Shown piece after piece: positions 28,569 through 38,415 of a stretch of 64,000 bases of DNA. A program made the translations under genes and the position numbers. Within the stretch, counting starts at the first letter, position 1. Each line of letters starts with the position of its first letter. Where the stretch lies: NCBI GenBank assembly GCA_964371585.1, contig CAYJMD010000001.1, forward strand, positions 97,709-161,708, in the 5' to 3' direction. A model generated the notes under the pieces. The model had not been told where the DNA came from and did no database searches. It worked only from the letters and a program-made list of their open reading frames with translations. The DNA comes from an uncultured Clostridiaceae bacterium (GTDB lineage: Bacteria; Bacillota; Clostridia; TANB77; CAG-465).

Positions 28569-29225
28569 ATGTTTGAAGAATTAATTAAGGTTGAAAGTAC
28601 TAAGGATTACTATAATAGACTAATTGAGTTTATTGATTTAGAATATAGTAAGTATGAAATATATCCTGCCAAACAAAATATATTTGAAGCTTTTAAACTT
28701 ACACCACTTGAAGAAGTAAAAGTAGTAGTACTTGGACAAGATCCGTATCATGGTGAAAATGAAGCACATGGTCTTGCTTTTTCTGTAAATAAAGGAGTTA
28801 AACTGCCACCATCACTTAAGAATATATATAAAGAACTTCAAAATGAATTTGGATATGATATTCCAAATCATGGGTGCTTAGAAAGTTTAGCAAAACAAGG
28901 AGTATTATTTCTAAATAGTGTACTTACTGTTAAAAAAGATAAGCCTGCAAGTCATAAGAATAAAGGATGGGAAATATTTACAGATAATGTAATAAGTTAT
29001 TTAAATAATAATGACGAACCTATTGTATTTATGCTTTGGGGAAACTATGCAAAAGAAAAAGAAAAGTTAATAACAAACGAAAAGCATTTGATTCTTAAAA
29101 GTGTACATCCATCACCTTTTTCAGCAAGAAATGGATTTTTTGGATGCAATCATTTTAAAGAGGCAAATAGATTTTTAGTAAATAACAATATACAAGAAAT
29201 AAATTGGAAAATAGAAAATATATAA
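28569..29225 (+). CDS. ung: uracil-DNA glycosylase
   Basis: VVVLGQDPYHG, GVLFLNSVLTV, HPSPFS. Confidence 0.93.
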   Translation: MFEELIKVESTKDYYNRLIEFIDLEYSKYEIYPAKQNIFEAFKLTPLEEVKVVVLGQDPYHGENEAHGLAFSVNKGVKLPPSLKNIYKELQNEFGYDIPNHGCLESLAKQGVLFLNSVLTVKKDKPASHKNKGWEIFTDNVISYLNNNDEPIVFMLWGNYAKEKEKLITNEKHLILKSVHPSPFSARNGFFGCNHFKEANRFLVNNNIQEINWKIENI

Positions 29226-29239
29226 TGAAAGGGAAAATT

Positions 29240-30265
29240 ATGAAAACAAGTGATTTTAATTATCATCTACCAGAACACCTTATAGCACAAACACCGCTAA
29301 AAGACAGAAGTTCTTCTAAAATGATGATATTAGATAAAGAAAGTGGGAATATAACTCATACTAAATTTTATGACATAGTAAATGAGTTAAATGAAGGAGA
29401 TACAATAGTATTAAATGATACTAAAGTTCTTCCAGCAAGAATTTTTGGACATAGAGAAGGTAAAGAAGAAGTTATAGAATTTCTCCTTACTAAAGAATTA
29501 GGAAACGATACATGGGAATGCTTAATAAAACCAGGCAGAAAATGCAAAGTAGGAACAAAAATAATATTTAAAGAAAATCTTCTGAGTGCAACAGTTATAG
29601 ATATACTTGAAGAAGGTGAAAGAATTGTAAAATTCGAATATACAGGAATATTTAATGAAATATTAGATGAACTTGGAATGATGCCACTTCCACCATATAT
29701 TACAGAAAAATTAGAAGAAAAAGATAGATATCAAACTGTATATAGTAAAAACTTAGGATCATCAGCAGCTCCAACAGCAGGATTACATTTTACTGAAGAA
29801 ATATTTAGTAAGTTAAAAGCTAAAGGTGTTAATATAGCATATGTAACATTACATGTAGGTATTGGTACATTTAGACCGGTTAAAGTAGATGATGTAAATG
29901 ACCATAAAATGCATTCAGAATTTTTTGTTATTGATGAAGAGACATGTAATGTAATAAATGAAACTAAAAAAAGAGGTAATAAAGTTATATGTGTAGGAAC
30001 AACATCATGTAGAGTACTTGAAAGTGCAACAGACGATTTAGGTATAATAAAGCCAATGAATAAAGATACAAGTATATTTATATATCCAGGATATAAGTTT
30101 AAAATGGTAGATATGCTACTTACTAATTTTCATTTACCAGAATCAACCTTAATTATGTTAGTATCAGCACTTAGTAGTAAAGAAAAAGTATTAAATGCAT
30201 ATAACGAAGCAGTAAAAAATGAATATAGATTTTTTAGTTTTGGAGATTGTATGTTAATTAAATAA
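29240..30265 (+). CDS. queA: S-adenosylmethionine:tRNA ribosyltransferase-isomerase
   Basis: MKTSDFNYHLPEHLIAQTPL, AAPTAGLHFT, VTLHVGIGTF, FFSFGD. ATG 29240 follows GAAAGGGA; the ORF-track start 29204 overlaps ung. Confidence 0.92.
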   Translation: MKTSDFNYHLPEHLIAQTPLKDRSSSKMMILDKESGNITHTKFYDIVNELNEGDTIVLNDTKVLPARIFGHREGKEEVIEFLLTKELGNDTWECLIKPGRKCKVGTKIIFKENLLSATVIDILEEGERIVKFEYTGIFNEILDELGMMPLPPYITEKLEEKDRYQTVYSKNLGSSAAPTAGLHFTEEIFSKLKAKGVNIAYVTLHVGIGTFRPVKVDDVNDHKMHSEFFVIDEETCNVINETKKRGNKVICVGTTSCRVLESATDDLGIIKPMNKDTSIFIYPGYKFKMVDMLLTNFHLPESTLIMLVSALSSKEKVLNAYNEAVKNEYRFFSFGDCMLIK

Positions 30266-30320
30266 AATTATTGACAAATAATAAAATTTAGTATACAATG
30301 AAAATAAAGAGGAGAATTAT

Positions 30321-30452
30321 ATGGAAGAATTAAAATTAAAATTAGAAGAAATAGAAAAAGATATTGAACTTATTAGAAGAACAAATGAGTTAGTAGAGAA
30401 ACAAACAGAAATGTTAAACTTTTTTGATAAACTTGAGAAGGAGGTTGTGTAA
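30321..30452 (+). CDS. small coiled-coil protein (43 aa), hypothetical
   Basis: Not in the ORF track. GAGGAGA RBS (30309-30315) plus ATG 30321. MEELKLKLEEIEKDIELIRRTNELVEKQTEMLNFFDKLEKEVV. The stop lies 3 nt before the next ATG, whose RBS (GAAGGAGG) is embedded in this ORF. Confidence 0.4.
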   Translation: MEELKLKLEEIEKDIELIRRTNELVEKQTEMLNFFDKLEKEVV

Positions 30453-30455
30453 AAT

Positions 30456-32246
30456 ATGAATGAATATGAATTAAAATTAGCAGCTCTTGAAACAAGTTTA
30501 GAAGAAATTAAAAACAAGAGAAATGAAATATTTGAAACAGTTTTAGTTGAAAAAGGAATGACTGATTTAACTGAAGAAGCTAAAGAAGATTTAATGTGGG
30601 AAAATGATGAAATAAGAAAAGAAGTAAAAATTAAATTTGAAGAGTTTAAAGATAAATTAAAAAAAGATTTTGAAGAAACAATTGCTATGCAACAACAAAA
30701 AATGCAAGATACTGAAAAAAAATTAGAATCAGCTAAGGAATTCGAAGCACAAATGCAAACAGTACTTGCAGATACTATAAATAGAGTTAATAGAATAATT
30801 CCAGGTATGAACATAACAAATTTTGACGAAGCCATGGATTTAATGCAAGACAAAATTCATGAAATTACAGAAAAAATGGAAAATACAACTGATGAATATC
30901 AGCTTAAGAATTTAGAGTGGCAAAAAAAGTTCTTGGAAAATAATATGGCTGACTTTGATATATTTTATACAGATTATCAAGCTGAAATAGGTAAACTTCA
31001 GGATCTTATAAAACAGCTTTCAGAACAAAAAAATAAATTTAATGAGATAACAAATAAAACTAAAGAAAAATTTAAAGCTAAAAATATAGATGTTAGTGAT
31101 ATTGATGTGGAAAAAAACACAGCGTTTGAAGAAGCTATAGAAAATCATGAAAATCACAATAATATTGAGGCTGAAGAACAAACAATAGAAGAAGAAATTG
31201 AATCAGATGTTGAAGAAACTAAAGTACAAGAGGGAATTGATGAAGAAAAAGGGGTACAAGGAGAGTCAGATTCTATAGTACTTCCTCCAAAAGGTGAACA
31301 AATAAAAAATGCACAAAAATCAGTTCAATCTTCTAACGAAACAAAAGCAGTGATTAAAGATGCAGAAGAACAAGCGTCTCCAGCAGTCTCTAAACAAGGA
31401 ACTCCTGCGCAAGTTAGTAATAACAGTACAATAAGTTCGGTTGCAGTACCAGCAGAAAATCCTATTACTGAACAACCTGAGCAACCAGATCCTATTCTAG
31501 AGCAAACTATAACAGAAACTAAAAGTTATTCAGGGCAAAATCTTCCTATATCTTCAGAAGAAAATAATTATGGATGGCCTGAATACAAAAAAGCTAAGGG
31601 GATATTTGGAATATTTGAAAATATGAAAAATAAAAGTTTAATCAAAAAAGAAGGTCAGCAAATAGCCGTAGAAGCAGCAACTGTTGTTTATGATGCTTTT
31701 CACAATCCTGATAAAGTAGATGTAGCTAAACTTGAAAGTGCTCTTATTACACTTGAAAATGCACCAAAAGAAATGGAAGGTGTTACGTTTAAAGTTAAAA
31801 CAATGGATTCTGATGAACCAGGTAGACCGTATCTGAAATCTGAACGTGTTAAGCCTTCTACTGGAGAAAAAATATATCCTAGAATGCTTAGTTCAGTATT
31901 AGAACAAGCATCTGGCGAAAAAAAGATAGCTAACTTAAAAGATAAAATTGCTGGAGATCCCGCTAAAGCTAGTCTTCATGATAGAATGGTAATGTCTCTA
32001 CTAGATAGAGCAGCTAAATATACATGTGATGATAAAAACACAGAAAAATATGTTGAAACAGAAAGTTTTAAAAATCTTAAAGCAGAATATATAAAAACTA
32101 TTATGCCTGTTCAAGATCCATTAACTGTAGGAGTTAAAACTGAGTCTGAAAGAATACAATCTGCGATGTCATCTAGAAACGATCCAGAAGAAATGGCTAA
32201 AAATTTAAGTAGTTTAAAAAAAGAAGATGAAGAATTATTACCTTAA
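30456..32246 (+). CDS. acidic coiled-coil protein with a P/Q/E-rich linker and an unknown C-terminal domain
   Basis: 596-aa ORF with no signal peptide or TM helix. The N-terminal ~270 aa are E/K-rich heptad-like. The linker is PAVSKQGTPAQVSNN...EQPEQPDP. No family recognised. Confidence 0.6.
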   Translation: MNEYELKLAALETSLEEIKNKRNEIFETVLVEKGMTDLTEEAKEDLMWENDEIRKEVKIKFEEFKDKLKKDFEETIAMQQQKMQDTEKKLESAKEFEAQMQTVLADTINRVNRIIPGMNITNFDEAMDLMQDKIHEITEKMENTTDEYQLKNLEWQKKFLENNMADFDIFYTDYQAEIGKLQDLIKQLSEQKNKFNEITNKTKEKFKAKNIDVSDIDVEKNTAFEEAIENHENHNNIEAEEQTIEEEIESDVEETKVQEGIDEEKGVQGESDSIVLPPKGEQIKNAQKSVQSSNETKAVIKDAEEQASPAVSKQGTPAQVSNNSTISSVAVPAENPITEQPEQPDPILEQTITETKSYSGQNLPISSEENNYGWPEYKKAKGIFGIFENMKNKSLIKKEGQQIAVEAATVVYDAFHNPDKVDVAKLESALITLENAPKEMEGVTFKVKTMDSDEPGRPYLKSERVKPSTGEKIYPRMLSSVLEQASGEKKIANLKDKIAGDPAKASLHDRMVMSLLDRAAKYTCDDKNTEKYVETESFKNLKAEYIKTIMPVQDPLTVGVKTESERIQSAMSSRNDPEEMAKNLSSLKKEDEELLP

Positions 32247-32281
32247 AAATATTACAGTTATGTTACAATTATGACTTAAAT

Positions 32282-32323
32282 AATAACAATTTTACATAAA
32301 ATATGTAGAATTGTTATTTTTTT
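32282..32323 (+). terminator. intrinsic terminator upstream of the dcw cluster
   Basis: A 17-bp stem: AATAACAATTTTACATA (32282-32298) pairs with TATGTAGAATTGTTATT (32302-32318), loop AAA. It runs into a T-tract. Confidence 0.8.
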
Positions 32324-32334
32324 ACTTAAAGTAC

Positions 32335-32396
32335 TTGATTTTACATAAATAATATAATAAAATACAGTTAAGTGGTAACTTGTGGTAGAAAGTGGG
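32335..32396 (+). promoter_or_regulatory. mra promoter with three MraZ-box direct repeats
   Basis: TTGATT (32335-32340), a 17-nt spacer, then TAAAAT (32358-32363). Then GTGGT (32372), GTGGT (32382) and GTGGG (32392) at exact 10-bp spacing, ending 10 nt before the mraZ GTG. Confidence 0.6.
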
Positions 32397-32405
32397 TGAG
32401 TTTAA

Positions 32406-32837
32406 GTGTTACTTGGTGAATTTGTTCATTCTGTGGATCTAAAAGGTAGAGTTATAATTCCTTCTAAGTTTAGAAGTGATTTAGGCGAGTCTTTTATTGT
32501 TACAAAAGGACTTGATAATTCATTGTTCATATATTCAAAAAATGAATGGGAAACATTTGAACTTAAACTAAAACAACTTCCACTTACAAATCCAAATGCT
32601 AGGAATTTTATTAGATTCTTTTTTTCTGGTGCTACTTTGTGTAGTTTAGATAAACTAGGAAGAATAAATATACCTCAAAATCTTTTAGATTATGCAGGTC
32701 TTTCTAAAGATGTTGTTATCATTGGTGTTTCTACGAGAGTTGAAATATGGGATAAGACAAAATGGAATGAGTATATGTCTACAGATAATTTGGATTTAAA
32801 TGAAATTGCTTCTTGTATGTCTGATTTAGGCATTTAA
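32406..32837 (+). CDS. mraZ: transcriptional regulator MraZ
   Basis: [22 protein letters not shown] and the second repeat [13 protein letters not shown] (duplicated SpoVT-AbrB/MraZ fold). GTG start. Confidence 0.93.
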   Translation: MLLGEFVHSVDLKGRVIIPSKFRSDLGESFIVTKGLDNSLFIYSKNEWETFELKLKQLPLTNPNARNFIRFFFSGATLCSLDKLGRINIPQNLLDYAGLSKDVVIIGVSTRVEIWDKTKWNEYMSTDNLDLNEIASCMSDLGI

Positions 32838-32962
32838 GATAGATATAACTAAAGATAAAATAATTAACAAACTAAAGATAAAATGATTTAATATACAAAA
32901 GATAAATATATAATATACAAAAGATGAAGACATAGAAGTTATACTAGAAATGAGGAGTAATT

Positions 32963-33898
32963 TTGGAATTTAATCATAAACCTGTTATGTTAAATGAGTG
33001 TTTAGACGCTTTAAACATAAGAGAAAATAAAATATATGTGGATGGCACTTTAGGTGGCGCAGGTCATACATATCACATATTAAAAAAACTAAATAGTACA
33101 GGAAAACTTATCGGTATTGATAGAGATAAAGATGCTCTTAAAGTTTGTACTGATAGACTAAAAGAATTTGATAATAAGATATTATATCATGGTAATCATG
33201 ATGATATTAAAGAGATATTAACTAACATTAATATACCTAAAGTTGATGGTATATTACTGGATCTTGGTGTTTCTTCATATCAACTTGATGAGGCATCACG
33301 TGGTTTTAGTTATATGCAAGATAGTAGTTTAGATATGAGAATGAATAGAGAAGATAAACTTTCTGCATATGATGTTGTAAATAAATATAGTGAAGCTAAG
33401 CTAATAGATATTTTTAAAACATATGGTGAGGAAAGATTCTCTAAAAGAATTGCTGCTGAAATTATTAAGACAAGAAGTATTACCCCTATTAATACTACTT
33501 TAGAACTTGTAGATGTAATTAAAAGATGTGTTAAGTTTAATAAAAATGATGGACATCCAGCAAAAAGAGTTTTTCAAGCTATTAGAATTGAAGTGAATAA
33601 TGAACTTGAGCTATTAAAACAGACTGTTATTGATAGTGCAATGTGTTTAAATAAAAATGGTAGACTTGCTATCATTACATTCCATTCTTTAGAAGATAGA
33701 ATTGTTAAAAAAGCTTTTGAAGAATTAGAAGGTAGATGTAGCTGCCCAAGTGATTTTCCAAAGTGCATATGTAATTATGTAAGTTATGGAAAAATATTAA
33801 CAAAAAAACCTATTGTTTCAAATGAAGAGGAACTTGAAGATAATTCAAGAGCTAGAAGTGCGAAACTTAGAATATTTGAAAGAAATGAAATAACATAG
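32963..33898 (+). CDS. rsmH: 16S rRNA (cytosine1402-N4)-methyltransferase
   Basis: HKPVMLNE, DGTLGGAGH, LLDLGVSSYQLD, FHSLEDRIVK. TTG start after GAGGAG. Confidence 0.93.
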   Translation: MEFNHKPVMLNECLDALNIRENKIYVDGTLGGAGHTYHILKKLNSTGKLIGIDRDKDALKVCTDRLKEFDNKILYHGNHDDIKEILTNINIPKVDGILLDLGVSSYQLDEASRGFSYMQDSSLDMRMNREDKLSAYDVVNKYSEAKLIDIFKTYGEERFSKRIAAEIIKTRSITPINTTLELVDVIKRCVKFNKNDGHPAKRVFQAIRIEVNNELELLKQTVIDSAMCLNKNGRLAIITFHSLEDRIVKKAFEELEGRCSCPSDFPKCICNYVSYGKILTKKPIVSNEEELEDNSRARSAKLRIFERNEIT

Positions 33899-33917
33899 AG
33901 AGGGGGATATGTAAGTC

Positions 33918-34415
33918 ATGAAGACGAAAAAGGTAAGAGCTGATTATTCGTATGGATCAACTGCAAGAAAATTAGAATATGCTACAAAACCAAAAACTGT
34001 AGTAAAAAAAGAAATTGCAAAACCTAGAATAAAACGTGTATATAAATCTAAATCAAAAGAGATTTCTAAAATTAAACCTTCCACAGTTGTCATGCTTGCA
34101 TGTTTTTTTCTTATGCTTATGTTTGTTGTATACAGATCTAATGTTATTAGTGAGAAAAATTTAGCTGTAATTAATTTAAGAAGTGAACTTGATAAAGTAG
34201 AATCAAATGTTGCAGCAACTAAAATGGATATTTCTCAAAATACTAATCTTGAAGAGATAGAAGCTTATGCTAAGCAAAAACTTGGTATGCAAAAACCTGA
34301 TATTGATCAAGTTGTTTATGTTGATACATCAAAAAATATTAATGTAGAGAGTAGTGAAAATTTAAACTTTTTTGAACAACTTATACAAACTATAAAAGAA
34401 TATATAAATATGTAA
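33918..34415 (+). CDS. ftsL: cell division protein FtsL-like
   Basis: Basic N-terminus, a single TM helix (VVMLACFFLMLMFVVY), then a coiled coil. Conserved position between rsmH and the PBP. Confidence 0.6.
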   Translation: MKTKKVRADYSYGSTARKLEYATKPKTVVKKEIAKPRIKRVYKSKSKEISKIKPSTVVMLACFFLMLMFVVYRSNVISEKNLAVINLRSELDKVESNVAATKMDISQNTNLEEIEAYAKQKLGMQKPDIDQVVYVDTSKNINVESSENLNFFEQLIQTIKEYINM

Positions 34416-34551
34416 TAACTAAGAGACAACTAGAGTAATATGTAATATATCTAGTAACTTAGTTATTTTCTTTTATTTAAATTTAAAATATGATATAATT
34501 AGATTAAAATTTACAGCTATATTTAGTAATATAAAACATAGCTTTTAAGAG

Positions 34552-36741
34552 GTGGAAAATTTGGCATACGCGTTAGTAAAAAATAAAAAGAGAGTAGCAG
34601 TTATTTTAATTATTTGTGTACTGCTTTGTATATATTTAATAGGTAGACTTGTATATATACAAGTTATTAAATCAGACTATTATACAAGTAAGGCATATGA
34701 ACAACAAACAAGAGAAAGAGAAGTAGAAGCTAAAAGAGGAACTATATATGATAGTACAGGTACAAAAGTTCTTGCTCAAAGCATATCAACTAATAAGATA
34801 ACCTTGATTCCTAATACTATTGAGAATAAGGAAGAAGTTGGGAAAAAACTTGCTGAAATATTAGAAATGAGTTTAGATACTGTTATGAGTAAACTAAATA
34901 AAAATACTGCAAGCGAAACTTTAGTCTCTCAGCTTGATGATGAAAAAACAGCAGAAATATTAAAATACATAGATGAGAATGATGTATCTGGAATAAAAGT
35001 AGATGAAGCTACTACTAGAATCTATCCATATGGTGATTTACTTGCACACAGCTTAGGCTTTGTTGGTACAGATAATCAAGGTCTTGCTGGAATAGAAGCT
35101 ATGTATGAGAGCTCTCTTGCTGGTATCTCTGGTAAAATAGTTGGAAGTACTGATGGTCAAGGGAAAGAAACACCATTTACTAATGAACAATACATAGAAC
35201 CACAAAATGGTGATGATTTAATCCTTACTATAGATGCCACTATACAATCAATTGTTGAAAAATATTTAGAGAAAGCATTAATTGAAAATGAAGGAGAATA
35301 TGCAACTGCAGTTGTACTTAGACCTTCTACTGGTGAAGTTCTTGCAATAGCTACAGCACCTACATTTGATCTAAATGACCCTTTTAGTCCTAATACTGAA
35401 GAATTAAAATCATCTTGGGATACTTTAAGTTCAAGTGAAAAAAGTACAGAGCTTAATCAAATGTGGAGAAATAGGGTTATTTCAGATACACAAGAACCTG
35501 GCTCTACATTTAAAATAGTTACCTCTGCAGCTATATTAGAAGAAGGAGTTACTATGCTTGATGCTCCAAGTCAATTTGTTTGTACTGGATCTATGCGAGT
35601 AGGTACATGGGAAATAAAATGTTGGAAACATCCAAATTCACATGGATCACAGTCTTTAAGAGATGGTATCATGAATTCATGTAATCCTGTATTTATGCAA
35701 GGAAGCGCAGAAGTAGGGATAGAAAAATATGCAGAATATCTAGAAGCGTTTAATCTATACAATAAGACTGGTATAGATCTTCCAGGAGAAGCACTTGGTA
35801 TACTACATGATCCAGATGAATTTGACGAAGTTGATCTTGCTACTACTTCTTTTGGTCAAACAATTCAAATATCAACTATACAAACAGCTGTTAATTATGC
35901 AGCTATAGCTAATGGTGGTTATTTAATTGAACCTTATGTTGTTAAAGAAATTATAAATAGTGAAGGTAATGTAGAAGAGAAGATAACTTCTAATCAGTTA
36001 AAACAGATAATATCTGAACAAACAGCAAATGATGTACTTAGTGCTCTTGAAACCACTGTTGCACTTGGGACAGGTAAAGCTGCACAAGTTAATGGTTACA
36101 GAGTGGCAGGTAAAACAGCAACTGCTGAAATAGGAAGAGGAGATGATGCAAAAAAAATGTCTGGTTTTGCAGCTATTGCTCCCGTAAATAATCCTGAAAT
36201 TGTAGTTGTTATGAATATTATGGATCCACAAGGTCCACTTGGTTATCAAGGTAGTACAATAGTAGCACCTGTTGTTGGTAACATAGTTGATGAAGTTTTA
36301 AGATATTTAGAAATTAAACCAGAAGTCACTATTGGAGAGAATGAAATTAAAGAAAAAATAGTTCCAGATATACAAAATCTTACTTTTGATGAAGCTACAA
36401 AAAAATTAGAAGAATCAGGATTTAATATCATAGCTGATACTCCTCTTGTTTCAAATGATATAATTGTAAATCAAGTTCCAAAAGGTGGTGCAAGTCTTAT
36501 GGAAGGTTCTACAATACGTGTATATTCTGAAACTACAAAGGATAATGTTCAAACTGTAACGCTTCCAGATTTAAGAAATAAAACTACAGATCAAGTTATT
36601 AGTACATTAAATAAATTAGGCCTTAATACTAGAGTAGTAGGTAATGGTTATGTGCTAACACAAGAGCCTTCAAGTGGCACAGTTTTAGAAAAAGGTTCTA
36701 TTGTTACAATAAAATGTGTTGAAACACTGGACCTACCTTAA
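34552..36741 (+). CDS. class B penicillin-binding protein (FtsI/SpoVD type) with two C-terminal PASTA domains
   Basis: SxxK = GSTFKIV, SxN = NSCN. The third motif reads GKTATAE (KTA instead of KTG). Two PASTA-like repeats (PDIQNLTFDEATKKLEESGF, LPDLRNKTTDQVISTLNKLGL). The start may be TTG 34561 after AGAGGTGGA. Confidence 0.88.
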   Translation: MENLAYALVKNKKRVAVILIICVLLCIYLIGRLVYIQVIKSDYYTSKAYEQQTREREVEAKRGTIYDSTGTKVLAQSISTNKITLIPNTIENKEEVGKKLAEILEMSLDTVMSKLNKNTASETLVSQLDDEKTAEILKYIDENDVSGIKVDEATTRIYPYGDLLAHSLGFVGTDNQGLAGIEAMYESSLAGISGKIVGSTDGQGKETPFTNEQYIEPQNGDDLILTIDATIQSIVEKYLEKALIENEGEYATAVVLRPSTGEVLAIATAPTFDLNDPFSPNTEELKSSWDTLSSSEKSTELNQMWRNRVISDTQEPGSTFKIVTSAAILEEGVTMLDAPSQFVCTGSMRVGTWEIKCWKHPNSHGSQSLRDGIMNSCNPVFMQGSAEVGIEKYAEYLEAFNLYNKTGIDLPGEALGILHDPDEFDEVDLATTSFGQTIQISTIQTAVNYAAIANGGYLIEPYVVKEIINSEGNVEEKITSNQLKQIISEQTANDVLSALETTVALGTGKAAQVNGYRVAGKTATAEIGRGDDAKKMSGFAAIAPVNNPEIVVVMNIMDPQGPLGYQGSTIVAPVVGNIVDEVLRYLEIKPEVTIGENEIKEKIVPDIQNLTFDEATKKLEESGFNIIADTPLVSNDIIVNQVPKGGASLMEGSTIRVYSETTKDNVQTVTLPDLRNKTTDQVISTLNKLGLNTRVVGNGYVLTQEPSSGTVLEKGSIVTIKCVETLDLP

Positions 36742-36867
36742 AATAATTGCAAAGTTAGTACAAATATGATAAAATATAACTAAATATAGTATATGAAATA
36801 TTACTATAAAAATTAAATAGAAAATATGTAAAATTGGATAATTATACAATTTAAAAGGAGTGAAAAA

Positions 36868-38355
36868 ATGATATTACAATATTTAATTGAAGATTTAAAA
36901 GATATAAATCTTGTTGGTAATTCAAATGTTAAAATAAATAAGATTGAGTATAATTCAAATAGTATAGTAGCAAATGATATATTTGTTGCTATACATGGAT
37001 ATAAAGAAGATGGTAGAGCATATGTTAATGATGCTATAGCTAAAGGTGCAGTAGCAATTATTCTTGAAGATACAGTAGAAAATAATCAGATAGAAAAAAA
37101 GGATAATATTACATATATATTTGTAAAAAATGCTAGAATTGTACTTGCAGAAATATCAGCTAAGTACTATGATTTTCCTGCTAAAAAATTAAAACTGCTT
37201 GGAGTTACAGGTACTAAGGGTAAAACAACAACTGCTCATATGATTTACGAAATATTAGTAGCTTCTAAAGCTAAAGTAGGGATGATAGGAACAATTAATA
37301 TTAAATATGCAGATAAAGTTATACCTTCTACAAGAACCACTCTTGAATCTTTAGATATGCACAGGGTATTTAATGATATGGTAAATGCCGGAGTAGAAGT
37401 TGTAGTAATGGAAATTAGCTCACATGCGCTAGAATTACATAGAGTTCATGGATGTAATTTTGTAATTAGTGTATTTACAAATTTATCTGAAGAACATCTA
37501 GATTTTCATGAGAATATGGATAACTATTTAAAAGCTAAAGCAAAATTATTTGAAATGTCTGATTTTGCAGTAATAAATGGTGATGATATTTATTCTAATC
37601 ATTTGTGTAAAATGATTAAATGTAAAATAGCTAAATTTGGCATTGATAATAAGGTTAATATAACTGCTGCAGATATTAGAGTAAACTCTAATTATACAGA
37701 ATTCAAAATGTATATAAACAAAATGCTTGAAACTGTTAGAGTAAATATTCCAGGTAGATTTACAGTATATAATGCACTGGCAGCAATAGGTGTTTGTAGT
37801 ATGCTTAATTGTCAAATGGACGCTATATTGCTTGGACTTTTAAATACAACAGTCGAAGGAAGAAATGAAATTGTAAATATTAATAAAATATTTACAGTTA
37901 TAGTAGATTATGCGCATAATCCTTCATCTTTAGAAGCTATTTTAGCTAGTACTAAAAAATATGCTAAGGGAAGAATAATTTTAGTTTTCGGTTGTGGTGG
38001 AAATAGAGATAAAGAAAAAAGAAGTGTTATGGGTGAAATAGCAGGTAAATATGCTAACTTTACTTGTATAACTAGTGATAATCCACGTGATGAAAAACCA
38101 GAAGCTATAATTGCTCAGATTGAAGAAGGTATGAAAAAAACAAATGCCTTATATAAATCTATAACAGATAGAAAAGAAGCAATTAAATTTGCTATGAGAG
38201 TTGCATGGAAAAATGATATAGTTATAGTTGCTGGAAAAGGTCATGAAAACTATCAAGAACTTGCTAAAGGTAAAAAAATATACTTTGATGATAAAGAAGT
38301 GATTAAAAAAATAGCAAGTGACATGCCAGATAAAAATATAGAACAAACAGTATAA
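36868..38355 (+). CDS. murE: UDP-N-acetylmuramoyl-L-alanyl-D-glutamate--2,6-diaminopimelate ligase
   Basis: GVTGTKGKTTT P-loop, VVMEISSH, DNPR motif (TSDNPRDE) indicating meso-DAP specificity. Confidence 0.9.
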   Translation: MILQYLIEDLKDINLVGNSNVKINKIEYNSNSIVANDIFVAIHGYKEDGRAYVNDAIAKGAVAIILEDTVENNQIEKKDNITYIFVKNARIVLAEISAKYYDFPAKKLKLLGVTGTKGKTTTAHMIYEILVASKAKVGMIGTINIKYADKVIPSTRTTLESLDMHRVFNDMVNAGVEVVVMEISSHALELHRVHGCNFVISVFTNLSEEHLDFHENMDNYLKAKAKLFEMSDFAVINGDDIYSNHLCKMIKCKIAKFGIDNKVNITAADIRVNSNYTEFKMYINKMLETVRVNIPGRFTVYNALAAIGVCSMLNCQMDAILLGLLNTTVEGRNEIVNINKIFTVIVDYAHNPSSLEAILASTKKYAKGRIILVFGCGGNRDKEKRSVMGEIAGKYANFTCITSDNPRDEKPEAIIAQIEEGMKKTNALYKSITDRKEAIKFAMRVAWKNDIVIVAGKGHENYQELAKGKKIYFDDKEVIKKIASDMPDKNIEQTV

Positions 38356-38415
38356 AACTAAATGTTTAAAATATATATTTAAAACTTTTAGATAAATATA
38401 TTAAGGAGAGAGAAT

